From contig NW_002060945.1 of the NCBI RefSeq assembly GCF_000150275.1, positions 6,563,607 through 6,627,606 on the forward strand: DNA of 64,000 bases, read 5' to 3'. Source of the stretch: Trichoplax adhaerens (taxonomy: Eukaryota; Animalia; Placozoa). The position numbers and the translations under genes were made by a program. Below, piece by piece: positions 1 through 13,125 of the stretch. The notes below the pieces were generated by a model that was not told the DNA's origin, did no database searches, and saw only the letters and a list, made by a program, of their open reading frames with translations. Every line of letters starts with the position of its first letter. The first letter of the stretch is position 1.

Positions 1-3000
1 AACTTTCTTAAAGGTAATATTGAAATATATCCACAAGATTTTATGACATGCCAACTTAATTGGTACATCTTCCTTTTATTTGGTAAAATGTAGAACTTTT
101 TATATCTGTTATTGCCGCGGTTAACCAGTAAAGCAAGTAAAACCGCCTCTGGATTATTGCGGGAAATCGCGACGGCGTTAAACATGGTATTTAACTTGTA
201 AATTATTCGTTATATGATGGATATAATTTCTCTGATTCATGCATTAACTTTGGCTTATAGGATTATTATCTTATGTACGTTGATAATTTTCCATACGTAG
301 CAACTTTTTTAATCACAAACTGTAATAGTGAAATACAAGAGAAAGCATTTCATTTTGTGGAAGTAAGAAAACTTCACTATTCGCTTTCGTATCAATATTA
401 CGTATGACTTAGGCAGTCTATTTTTTTATTCTTAACAGGAAGAAAGTACGGTTGATTTATTTGGCTTACTAAAATCTAGTAGTCAGAAGCTACTTGGCCA
501 GTTATTACTTTATCTTGGATCTCATTTTACTGAGGTACGACTTCGTACTCTGATATACGCGTATGATTAAAAATTGTCATTAGTTTGATCTCTTTGTAAT
601 AATAAATTGCCTTCATAAGACTATAACGTAGTGTAACTTATCATGTATAACTTTAGGTTTTTAACGGACTATTGATGCTAGCTGGTTGGGATGAGACGTT
701 CAAATGCGAATTTGCTGATCCAGAAAAGGCTGTTGTAAGTAAATACACAAGTACGGCAAATTTAGAAGTATTTTTGGGTGAATAATATTACTCTTACATA
801 GTTTTACGCTTCTTTGTAGGCTGATTATTTGCAACCAAAATTACTTGGAATACTTACATTTTTTAACTCAAGCTTGTTGCGAGCAGCTGATGCTGAAGAG
901 AAAAAACGAGTTCGTGATTATAGCATCAATATCGTTAATATTTTTGGCGATTTTCAGTGTCTAATTTAGAAAAACAATTGCAAACTTTGTATGTATAAAT
1001 AGACACTTGAAAGCCTGATACATCTGATGGAATTGATGGGAGTAAAATACATTACGGCAGTTAGGGTCAAGATCATGGCCATACTGAGGTTTATTTAACC
1101 GTGCATATACAGTATAGTGTTCACCACTTCTGTCCGTAATAATAATCAAGAAATTTTGATATGTTACAAGGCCATTATTGTTCTATTTATACTTAGGGCT
1201 AGCCTACAACTTCGTGAAGAAAAATTGCTCCGCCTAGCGTGTCGTGCGTGGAATAGCTTTGTCAAAAGGTACAACTGTGACCCTGCCAGGAATACGCGAT
1301 TAATAGATATTCAATTTAAATTAAATCAATACATGTAATGCATCTACGATTATTTATAACGGATATAATATTTTGTGTAGTGTTGAATTGAGCAGCTTAG
1401 GTCCGATGTTAAGCCAAATTATTGCCATTTTATATCCTGTGATGAAGAAATACGCTGAATTTGTCTCACCTGTACTTGATTATTTAATAGTGGACAATAG
1501 GTCGGTTATTTGATATTTTACGAAATGGTATTAGAAAAAGTTAGTTGTGTGATTTATTGATTTCTATATTACAGATCACAGTTAAAGGAATATTTTCGGG
1601 AAATACCTTTTATACCGGATGTTCCACAATTGTTAAAAGCAAACAATGTCTTAAAAGAAGAGCTAGAAAGAGCAAACAGGTTCGTAGTAACATATAAAAT
1701 CGATTGTAAGATATACAGTATTACATGAAGTAATTACAATAATTTATTTAACTGTTAGCGGTGAGATTGGACCTAAAGAAAAATTATCCCAGATCATGAA
1801 AGGAGTTTGCCATGAAAGTGCTGACGTTCGATTGCATGCTTTATCGAACCTAAGGAGAGTTCTTTACGATCTTCAGGTACTATCACTTCTCCTTTATGGC
1901 CTCTGTGATTTTGTATACTCTTTAAGCAAGGCTATTTATGGTGGTTAATGCTAATAATAATTTTAACTTACCGTTTTCAGAGTCAAATACATGAATATGT
2001 TTTATCAAGTGAAAAGACCGATCCAATCGTAACTGAAATTGTTAATGAGGTATCAAAGATTAAACTTAGTCATTATTTTATATGTAGCTAGAAGGTTTAG
2101 AAAGTATATATCAATAAATTTTATCATTTGCTGACATTTTCATACTAATTTTGTTAGCTATTGCGACGCTGCCGATTAGCTAGTAGCAAAGAGCGTAATC
2201 TATGTGGTGAATGCTTAGGCATCATTGGAGCCATTGATCCCGGCAGGTAACTTATGCATTACTGATAACCTTCTCGTAGTTAGAGTGTATCTCTATCATT
2301 TACCACATTTTTCGCCCGATTTAGACTCGAGAAAGTATCTGAACTATCGTCATTTGGTAGAAAATTTTTAGAGGTTAGCGTATTCAGTTTGTAGTCTAAT
2401 TGGTTACTCGGAATCAGTATTATCAGCGCTTTCTAAGATATTGATTCCTTCATTTATTTACAACGAAATCTAGCAGTTAATCGTTTATTATAATTTCTAT
2501 CCACTGTTTTGCATACCCTACAATATCGATGGTTGCAGTCGGACTGCGATAGCTTAGATTTCGCCTTTGAACTTATAAATGAATTAGCTCGGGGATTTCT
2601 TGCTGCGCCTGATACGAGATCGCAAGTAATTCTAAACAAAATTGTCATTTAATTAGCAATTATCGATATAACTTTTGTAATACTTACGTTATTACTGCAG
2701 GATTGCTACGCTTACGCAATTCAAGAAATATTGAAATCGTTCGATTGCGCTTCAACAAATGAAACGAGGTTTTAATTGTGATAAGGACATAAATAAGATA
2801 ACTTACTAGTAATGAATTCTTTGTAGACATAAATTTCGTTTTTAATTGCGTTAAATAATTGGGCATTGCAGTTTTGGACAACGTCTTTGGAAAATGTTTC
2901 CGGAAAATGTTCAGGAAATTTTACGGCCACACTTACACTCTAGGTTTAAGGCTACTCTTTGCGATTTTAGATTTATATTCTTATATGCGTAATGCAACTG

Positions 3001-6000
3001 TACGATTATCATCCGTAATAAATTTATTTATTTAGTTTATAGCCTTATGATACTGCATTTCTGAATAAGTTTCGTTAGCTTCTATTTTTGTATTATATTG
3101 ATATACTATGTTAGTACCTAGTTTACATTATTAGCACCAGTTATTACAACTATCCTGTAGAACTGCACGATTTTTACTGTTATTATTTAATTTAGATATA
3201 CAACTGGGGCAAGCACAGATTGGTCGACAGTCCAACTACCAATTTTCTGTTCTAAGAAAGGAAGTAACTTTAAGGATTGGGTATCATCATGGACAGCATA
3301 TTTAATATCTAAAATCAAGAAGAAGAAGTCATCCAATATTTTTACTCCATGTATTTTACTCTTGAAAGTATGCTAATCATACACTACTCTATACAGTGAC
3401 CTATAAGAATGATTGATAGCTGATTTAGGCTGCTATTTTTTTGAATATAGCATGACAGCAACATGGGCTTATTTCTTTTGCCGCATGCCTTAATACATGC
3501 CTTATTGGATAGCAGTACTAAAGACGTCAATGAAATTCGCCAGGAAATCTTGACAGTCATGGAAGATGTTAATAAGGAATCTGTACATGATGCTTCTGGT
3601 ATTAATAATACTAATGTAAAATTTAAGAGATAATAACTTCTATTCTCGTGCCTTTAACTAATCTGTAAACTATACCTTAGATTTCAGTCAGATATGTGCC
3701 CAGGCTATTTTTTCGGCATTGGATCATTTAACTCATTGGACGTTCCGTCAAATTAGAAAAGCGGCTCTGGCTGCTAAGAATAAGAAAGAGAAAGATGATT
3801 GTATGGAATCAAGTAAATAATTTTGCCATCGTTGAAAAAGCTGCTAACGAATATATTATTTATTTTTAGCTGCCTTACCGGTAGTTAACCACGAAGATGT
3901 TTCTAATTTCTTGAAATCTATACCACAGGTTTGTAAGATATAAATCAAATTTTCTTCCAATTGTGATTCTAATGTAAGTTCCTTTTTCTTGAATTATCTA
4001 ATACCTAGGATATTCTTGCAAATGCTTCTTACAAGTGTCGAGCCAATGCTAGAGCATTGATGCATTTCGAAACGTTTGCCCGTAATAATCCTGATGATTT
4101 ACAGAGAAACTTACGTTTTCTGCAGGTGATTTTCTGCCAATACTTAGTCTTGTTGATATTTTTCCTTATTATTTTAAGATATTGTTTTTTATATTATATT
4201 ATACTGTATATGCGCTATAGGAGATATACGTCGCTCTGGATGAGCCGGATGGTGTCGCAGGCGTTGCGGCTGTCAGCGATGATAGGAATTCATTTAACAA
4301 GCAGGTTCTGGAGTTTGAAAGCATAGGTAAATCTTTTTGATATCCTTATTATTGCATAGCACAACAAATTTCTTAGTTTCTCATTGATTAGCCAATCTTT
4401 AAATTCTTAAATTGTAGGTAATCTTCGTGATGCGTCTGCTTGTTATGAGTGTGCGATACAACTTGAACCTAATGAACTAAACCACCATAAGGTGAGCTGT
4501 TTTAGATGTTTCACCTCAAAGCAGCTAGAGAAAATATACTTTAAATAAATAATTAATTTTTGTGATAGGGGCTATTACAATGTTTGATGGGCCTAGGACA
4601 ACTAAGTACAGCTTTAGCTCACGTCAATGGAGTAATATCGCAACAGGAGACCTGGGTTTCGGCTTTAAATACTTATAGGGTAGAAGCATCGTGGCGATTG
4701 GCAAATTGGGATTGCTTACAAGATTATTTAGGGTATGTTGAGCTATATCGTCATTACTGGTTCTCTTTAGCTCTATTTTACTTAGTAAAAAATGAACATT
4801 TTATCGCTTCTGTCAGTAGCGATCAAGATTCTAATGATTGGAACGTAGGCCTCGGGCGTTTGCTACTAAACGCTCGTGATCGCAATCACGAAGAATTTGG
4901 AAAACAACTAAAAATTGTTCGTAAAGGATTAATGGAATCATTTTCAGCTTCTATTATGGAATCTGGATCATTGCAACAGGGTTATGATAGTCTTGTCCGG
5001 TTAGTAGGATTTTGAAATGTATGAAATAATTGCGCATACGTATAAGTAAAATATTTGTTAAAGATATACTTATTTCGTTTTAGGCTACACATGCTGCATG
5101 AAGTAGAAGATTGTGTTCGACTTTTCCTTGGTATTTCGATATCCAATTTTCGTAAGATAGATGAGCAAGTGTTATTGACTAATTGGAACTCACGGTTACA
5201 AATTACGCAAGTACGTTAGGTTGCTTTCTATGTGTCATGTTTACGGAAATGCTTAAAAAGTTTCCGTGTATTATTTCAGCACTCATTTAAAATTCGTGAA
5301 CCTCTCCTTAATCTGCGACGTGTGCTGCTAGGATTTGGGAATAGGTCAGAGTCCAGTTTACTGTCGTCATTATTAGTTGTAACAGTGTCTAAGGTTTACG
5401 ATATTTGTATCTAGTTCTCAGCAATTGAAGGAACAGCAGGGAAGTTGCTGGTTACTAAGTGCTAAAGAGGCGAGAAAGTAAGCGATGAGTTGCTCAAACT
5501 CAATTATTTATTATTGATCTTAAATACCTACTGTAATTTTGATTGTATTTTAGGGCTGGCTATATACAAACTGCTTTTAGTTCTTTACTAAATCCTTGTT
5601 CCTTCAATCTTTCTGGTTATCATATTGAAAAAGCAAAGTTATTATGGAAACAGGTATACAGACCTGGATATTGTCTGTAAAATGAGATAGTGATTGCAAT
5701 GGTTCCACTTAAAATTATTAATTTCTTAATTTAGGGTGGATGCAGCCAGGCGTTAAAATGCTTAAAGGATGCTTTTAGGTATTTTTTGCTATACTGTGCT
5801 ACTTTAGACTTGACTTGAATGTATGATGATATCGAGTACTGCGTTGAAATAATTTCTATTTCTGTTGTAGTGATAAAAATATTAGAATTAATGAGGGTGG
5901 GATGATTGACTGGGGAGATAAGGATGGTAGCTTTCCATCTGAAGAGAAAGTAGGCCATGCTAAAGCATTGTTATTAGTGGCGCGATGGACTGAAGATACT

Positions 6001-9000
6001 AGCCATAGCAATAGCCATGCTGTCTTGAAGCAATATAAGGTTAAATAAACTGTACAGATTGTGATGGCAGTATGTGTCTAGCCCCATATTGACATTATCT
6101 TATTCTATATGATCATAGAATATTACGGAAATACGTAACCAATGGGAGTTAGGCCATTTCTACTTAGCAAAATATTATGATCGTTTTATGAAATATGTAC
6201 CAGACAATAAACCTGCTAGAATGTTGTAAGTAAAATAACAGAGTGATTATGGCCATATTTAGCCAACATTAAAGTACATTTATAACCCTGTAAACGCCGT
6301 TAGTATTGCGTTACCTAATCTAATATCTTTCATATATCAGAGAATTTATACCACATGTTATCAAACATTACGCTTTGTCTCTGCAATTTGGAAACAAATT
6401 CATTTACGAATCCATGCCTCGATTACTAACATTATGGCTAGATATTGGATCAAAATTTTCGGGTAAGTCCTGAAAAGTATCGTATTTGGTGACATACTCA
6501 GGCTCATAAAGGTCTTAGTTATTTAATTCTCTTAGTTAATAGAGTTAAGAGTATCGACAAGACTTTCCTTGCGGTTTTATCAGATGTTAATAAGGTATTT
6601 GTAATTGCAACCATTCGACTGTATTTCGTGCTGTAGCTATCGATGAGGTTAAATAATGTTTATATGAGATTATTAATATTGTGGGCAAACTTTCTGACGT
6701 ATATGAACGTATTTCTGATTGTTTTCATTAGATAATTTCGGATTCTATCGAAAAGCTACCACCTTATAAATTTTTTACAGCCTTTTCTCAGCTTATTTCG
6801 CGAATCTGTCACCCGAATGCTTCTATTTTTGATATACTTGAGGTTAAATAAAATTGTTGTTTTATTCATACTCTATATTGCAATGCTTACCTTACTATCA
6901 AATTTTTGTACAGAAAATTATTGCTAAGTTAATGGTTGAATACCCTCAGCAATCTATTTGGTTAATGGCTGCTGTTTCCAAGGTAGTCTTTAAGAAGATT
7001 TTTAGAATTTGAAAGAATACTGCCACCTAATCTTTACGTGTTTTAATTGTATTTTACAATTTGTATAGTAAATGTTCGTTTTTTCTACCGGTATTGCAGT
7101 CATCTTATTCAGTTCGCAGAAGTCGATGTCATGAAATTTTTGCAAAAGCTAAAAGCAACTGTGCTGAATTAGAGAAATTTATCAATGACGCAACATGCTT
7201 GTTTGATAGATTACTTGATGTTTGCAATATGCCAGTTAGTAGAAATTGTACAACTATAAGTTTAAGTGAAAATTGCCGTTCACTTGTACGACTAACTAAT
7301 GATCCGTAAGTTTAATTCTTGTTATTCTTAATTACAGTCAGTATTGTTTACGGTTAATGATATGAAATAACTGTATTGTTTGTATGGTAGATCATTCAGC
7401 GCTATCATCTGTCCTTTACAATCTTCCATGACAGCTATTTTATCATCTAAGATTGATAGCCAAACTGGTCCATTCCCAGATAACCTACCAACTATCGTTA
7501 GATTTAAAGATAAGGTTTCGCAATTGTGCTTAATTAGTATTAAGTTTTATCCCACTATGATTCTATATAATCATTGTCACTACTTTATGCTTTTAGATTG
7601 ATGTTTTAATGTCTCTTCAAAAGCCTAAGAAAATTGTTATTCGCGGTAGCGATGGAAAAGAATATATGATGATGTGTAAACCTAAGGTCAGTAGAAAGAA
7701 CAGTTTAACTTTATAACTTATTATTACTGTATTTTGACTATCCTTATGGTATTAATCCTCCATTCAATAAACATACAAAAGGATGATCTGCGAAAAGACA
7801 GTCGCCTTATGGAATTCAATTCGCTTATTAATAAGGTAAATAAATTGATTTTATGGACTTTTCTTTTATTCTGGTTAATTTTTTACAATTTTATTTTATC
7901 TAGTATTTGCATAAAGATGCTGATGCTCGACGGCGGACTCTCCACATTCGCACTTATGTAACGGCTTAAGTTATATATAGCTTAAAAATTTTATTCTCAG
8001 AACTGACCGTACTAGTTTGTTTATTGCAACTATTTTACTACTCGTACTTTTGATCTAGGCTGTCGTACCTCTTAACGAGGAATGTGGCATTCTAGAATGG
8101 GTTAACAATACGGCAGGATTAAGGCACATACTTCTGCAGCTGTACAAGTCAGTACTATATGCGCGATCATTTCTGCTTAATGATATCGAATAATATGATG
8201 AATTACCATAGGGAGAAAGGCATTTTATGTACTGGCAGAGAATTAAAGAATTTAGATGCAAACGCGGATAAATATGGGTAAGAATTTCATGATTTAATGG
8301 AAGGGTATTATTGTAGAAAACTATTTTGAGAAATTTACGATTTGGCTACGGTTTAATACGAATAAAATATTGCAATCTTGAGTTTTCAATTTTCTATTAT
8401 ACTTTTAATATGCCTAATGCCTAATAAGTAACTTATGCGTAGGGGAAAATTGAAACTTTTCTTAACGGAATTATTACCACGGTACGTAGTGGTTGCTAAA
8501 TGCAGATTGGTGCCATTAATTTTTAATTATATAACCATTTGATGCTTTGCATAGTCATCCTCCAGTATTCCATGAATGGTTTTTAAGAACTTTTACAGAT
8601 TCAATATCATGGTAATGCTTGTTGTGGTGCTTGCTAATTATCTCGTTGCATTCCGATTAGCTACTCTTGACATAAATATATTAATTGATTAACTAAAACG
8701 GTGATTTCAAGGTATCAAAGTCGCTTAGCGTATGCCAGAACAGTTGCTGTCATGTCTGTGGTTGGCTATGTGTTAGGACTTGGAGATAGGCATGGAGAAA
8801 ATATTCTGTTTGATTCTACAAGCGGCGATGCAGTTCATGTTGATTTTAGTTGCTTGTTTAATAAGGTTTATTTTCTAATGTAATCTTTGTTGTTGTAGTA
8901 TCTATTAGTGAAAACTTTGCACACTTTATTGCTTACGGTTTTTACGCTTGGATTTTGGATTAGGGCAAAACCTTTGATTGTCCAGAAGTGGTGCCGTTTA

Positions 9001-10119
9001 GGCTGACTCATAATATGATCGACGCTATGGTAAGTTAGTGTCTACTATACTTACATCAGTGAACTAAGTATTAACAAGTTACACTCATGTTATTTGTAAA
9101 TAGGGCCCTACTGGCTATGAAGGTATCTATAGACGAGCTTGTGAAGTTACAATGAGGGTTATGAGAAATCAGTGTGATCCATTAATGACGTGAGCTGATC
9201 TATACGAATCACTGGAAGTATTTTTCTTTATTAAGCATCATATAACAGAAGTACCTTTATATTAGTGTTTTGAAGACATTTGTACATGATCCGTTGGTCG
9301 AATGGGGAAAAATTAGGAGAAACGATTCAAATAGAGATCATGCAGAAATAACAAATGAATTGGTAAGAATATCGAACAACATTAACTTTAAAAAATTCCT
9401 ATACCTGATTTTATGATTTAAATCTATCAAGTATAAACTGATCATATGCGAGTACAATAATATTTACATGTGCTCATCCGTCTTCCAGAGAACATTGACA
9501 TTGATTATATAATTATTGCTCGCTAGTACTGCAATCTATATAGTTAATTGTTATTGCTATTGGTATACTGATGGTATCGTTTTGTCTGACTGCTTTTGCT
9601 TATATAGATACGTAATCGTGCTGTAAATAATTTTAAAATTACTAAAGCAATGAGTTAAATTGTTATGAGCATTTGCAAAACTTGTGATTTCGCCTGTCAT
9701 AGTTACTTGTTTAATCTACGATTGATCCTTGTCTAGAGATATTAGTATAAGGTGTTTTACTTTATAGAGTATTTTTTTTGTATTAGAAACTAGTCCTACA
9801 TTTTTATATACAATTAGTACTTACAGGATGTATTTAAACTGCATATACTTTGTATACTTTGTTCAAATTATAGGCTTTAAAAATAGTAAAAGATGTTGAA
9901 GATAGACTAAAGGGGAATACAAGTAAAAGTAAGGGGCCAGCGTTATCAGTAGAAGGGCAAGTTCATGAATTAGTAAAGGTGAAAATTTTACTAGTATTTT
10001 TACTTGAATCTCTTATCCACACGATATTGAACATTTTAAATTTTATCGAAATCCTTTAGGAAGCCACAGATGTAAACAATTTAAGTCAGATGTATATTGG
10101 CTGGGCGGCTTATATGTAA
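1..10119 (+). CDS. ATR: Serine/threonine-protein kinase ATR (PIKK family), 5'-truncated by the window edge; about 50 short exons
   Basis: Spliced exons give a UME-like segment ([38 protein letters not shown]), a FAT region ([37 protein letters not shown]) and PI3K-like kinase motifs ([19 protein letters not shown]|[13 protein letters not shown]; [33 protein letters not shown]; [16 protein letters not shown]). The FATC end is [12 protein letters not shown]|[19 protein letters not shown], with TAA at 10117-10119. Introns read as GT-AG. Confidence 0.96.
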
Positions 10120-11047
10120 TTCTACCATCAGATCATCATACACGCATGTTGCAATATTTTGACCAAGTTATTCCTCATATTCGATTCGTTCTTCCTATTA
10201 AGTGTGTAAATGCTATGGTATTCAGTATCATTAAGCTTTATACCAGTATTTGTACTGTATTTATAGCTATATTAAAATGTACGTATAGAAATCAAAGAAA
10301 TATGATTCAATGCGTTGTGGTAAAAGTTTTAGAAATTTACCATAGTTTGTTTTGCGATCACATTAAAGTATCACTAGAGATATTGTACAGTTATAGATCG
10401 ATGCCAAATTTACTATGTAGGAAAAAATATTTCTGTCATTTTGCTGTAGATATGAGTATCCGGTTAGTGATTTAGATTACAGCAACAAGATATTTGGCGT
10501 TCACTTGCAATTCAAGATCGTAAAATTCGTCATTATAGGACACTTATGCTGTAGTGCACTTATCGATTATTTTTAAACCGAAGGACTGTTTATAGAAATT
10601 AAATTTGTCATCTAAATCAAGTCTTGCACTTCAATATGTGCTGTACATTTTATTTATTTATTAAAATGCGCCTTTTACAATAGTCGATGAAAATCTATTT
10701 TAATTAAAATTTGCAAATAAAGAATAGATACTTTTAAAAGGAACAGATTTGTATGATGTTGCAAGAGGATGTCAAATTATAGTTACAAATTACATCATGA
10801 TCAATCAAGGTATATAATAGTTTAATACGATTTCAAATGTAAAGGCCGTTTCTTTTACGATATCTTGGATTGCGAAATTTCCATTTAATAAGTAATTTAT
10901 GCATTTACAGGCAAAGCAAGGCCTAATTAGTCACCATATATATAATTTAATTTCTTTACTACCATAATTAATAATAGTGTTATGATACTGCTCGTAGAAA
11001 AATACCATTGCTATAATAGTATACTGGTAATATACAGTCAAGAATTA

Positions 11048-12723
11048 TTAATCAGTAATTTCAACAATTAAAGGCGTAGCAAATTCAGAGTGGCGTATAC
11101 CCATAGAAAAGCTGGGAGCTTTTTTTCTTGTAATTGTAACTTTATCAGGGCTGTGAGCACCGGGACCCGGCATCGAGGCAGCTAATATAAAATATATGTA
11201 GTGTACTAAGCCTTAGATAGTAATAATTTCATAATTTTTAGTGTATATGTAATTTATCAAGACGGTGTACATATCGAATATAATGAAGTTCTATTCCTTA
11301 CACGAGTGATTTTGTGGACGACCTTGTATGGAATAAGAAGGAGCTTTCCTATTATTAACGTCAAGAGCGATAGGGTCGTACTTTCCTGGTCCGGGAGCTT
11401 TAGCTAAATCTTCAGAGAATCCTCCAGCCTTGCCTCGTCCTGCCATTGAATGTGCAGCGGATGAACGTTTGCTGACGATCCTACTTCCTAACGTAGTAGG
11501 TAGAGTGTATGAATTTGGTGCTGGTATAGAATCACCTGTAATGAATAATAGAAGATTTGGTTAATAGTGCAAAAATTATAAAGTTGTAAATCTTCTAAAA
11601 ATGAATTTAAATTAGTCAATCGATCTTAATCGTTTGGATCGAGTGTACTCGTTACTATGATATAAACTACCTAATATAGTGCAGTGTAATTGATAATATG
11701 CTTTTTTTTGGTATACCGTTATAGTGCTGTGATATTGCCTATAGTAATGGTGATGTACTGTCGAACTATAGGATTTTACTGCATTGGTACTTGCTGAATT
11801 ATGCGTTGTTGATGGTATTGCATTACATTGCATCATTGTTTCATTTCTATGAATACTTAACACCTGTCATTATAGTTCTTACTTTTTCTAAATCGAGTTC
11901 TTCCAGCCATAGAATACTTTGGTGCAGTTCTTTCATTAGGGGGTTTATTTTTTTCAGGCGAATACTGACCGGGTCCAGGCACCTTTTGATTCGTGTTTAA
12001 ATTGTGTCTTCCGAGCATAGAATATGCAGGGACACCGTCCTTACCACGGCGAGTACATTTGGGGTCTATGAAATATTGTGGTCCTGGGCTAGCATCTTTT
12101 TTAAATACTATTATTGAATACCCATATTGAAACAAATGAAAGATAATTTCTATTAGAAGGTTTCTGTCATAACCATATTTATTTAATTGAAGGAATAAAA
12201 TGTGGAATGGGTTTAATGATGACGTATCCAAACATGTTATAATTTGTTTCAATTTCTATTGGATCTATAACAATCCATTCCGCAATTGAATGGTAATGTG
12301 TATACTTACAATCAATTCCTGATCGTGTTCCAAATGAATAAGCAGGACTTAAACGTTTAGTCAAGTCATGACTTTGAAAACCCATAGCCGATGGTAACCT
12401 ATATTTAGCGGGTCCAGGTCCTATTACACAAGATTTCAATCGATTAAGATACATTTCATTATTACTAAACTAGCTTGAATCAAGTGAAATGAAAACAGAA
12501 ACTCTAGCTTTATCATCAATAAAGAGTTATTGCAAGATAAAAATGATTAAGATGTATCCACGATGAAAAGTTATCCTTGTAAAATGAGAATTGTAGTAGA
12601 ATTGGATTGGGAACTTTTTGTCACGTCTATGATAGGATAAAAGCCTAGTGATGAAAGATTGATTTTGATTTTACCTCGATCCCTTGCAGCAATAACGTGT
12701 GTTCGCTGTTCTGTAGTAGCCAT
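11048..12723 (-). CDS. ODF3: Outer dense fiber protein 3-like / SHIPPO-repeat ciliary microtubule-associated protein (ODF3/CIMAP1 family), 5 exons
   Basis: ATG at 12723 (MATTEQRTHVIAARDRG). Repeated PGPGxY / PxYSM motifs (GPGPAKYRLP, SPGPQYFIDPK, VPGPGQYSPEK, APGPGKYDP, MPGPGAHSPDK) and a C-terminus APSFSMGIRHSEFATPLIVEITD, stop at 11048-11050. Splice phases join in frame. Confidence 0.88.
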
Positions 12724-13048
12724 GTTGGTATAATAAGAGTTTTTCTTGATTGAATTGGATAGGAAAATTATTGAAGTTGATGATTGAGCGTTGAAGAAAT
12801 TTTAGAGTTGCTTCTACCAACGATCGCTTGTAAAGTACCCGTTCTCTTAATAAGACGCCAATGACTGACAAACAGGTAAAGTCTAGATTTCACAGTGGGA
12901 GTAGATATCACTAGCGATTAATATTGCAGTAGTTCCTTTATATCGACTGTTGTAAAACATGTAGGCTAAGTCCAATAGAGATTGGCCCTGTTGTATATTA
13001 GTAATTCATCAACAAAAAAGCTAGCGACGGTATGTATTTCAACGGCAT

Positions 13049-13070
13049 GTTTCCATAGTGATGTAAACAA
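13049..13070 (-). promoter_or_regulatory. RFX X-box abutting a forkhead (FOXJ1-type) site upstream of the ODF3-like gene
   Basis: 13049-13062 reads ATCACTATGGAAAC on the minus strand, a full match to the RTHNYY-WT-RRNRAC X-box consensus. GTAAACAA follows directly at 13063-13070. The site is about 330 bp upstream of the ATG of a motile-cilium gene, and a CCAAT/ATTGG pair lies at 12972-12985. Confidence 0.6.
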
Positions 13071-13125
13071 CTTCTCTTTGTTTCATAGTGTTAAGGGAAG
13101 AAACGTTGCAGAGCTTTTCTACCAT

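Noticed and set aside
4339-4350. ATATCCTT resembling a U12-type 5' splice site
   Set aside because: It lies inside an ordinary GT-AG intron whose boundaries already give the correct ATR frame.
10146-10475. 109-aa ORF directly after the ATR stop
   Set aside because: Lies in the expected ATR 3' UTR, has AT-rich random composition and no family motif; ATR ends properly at its FATC motif.
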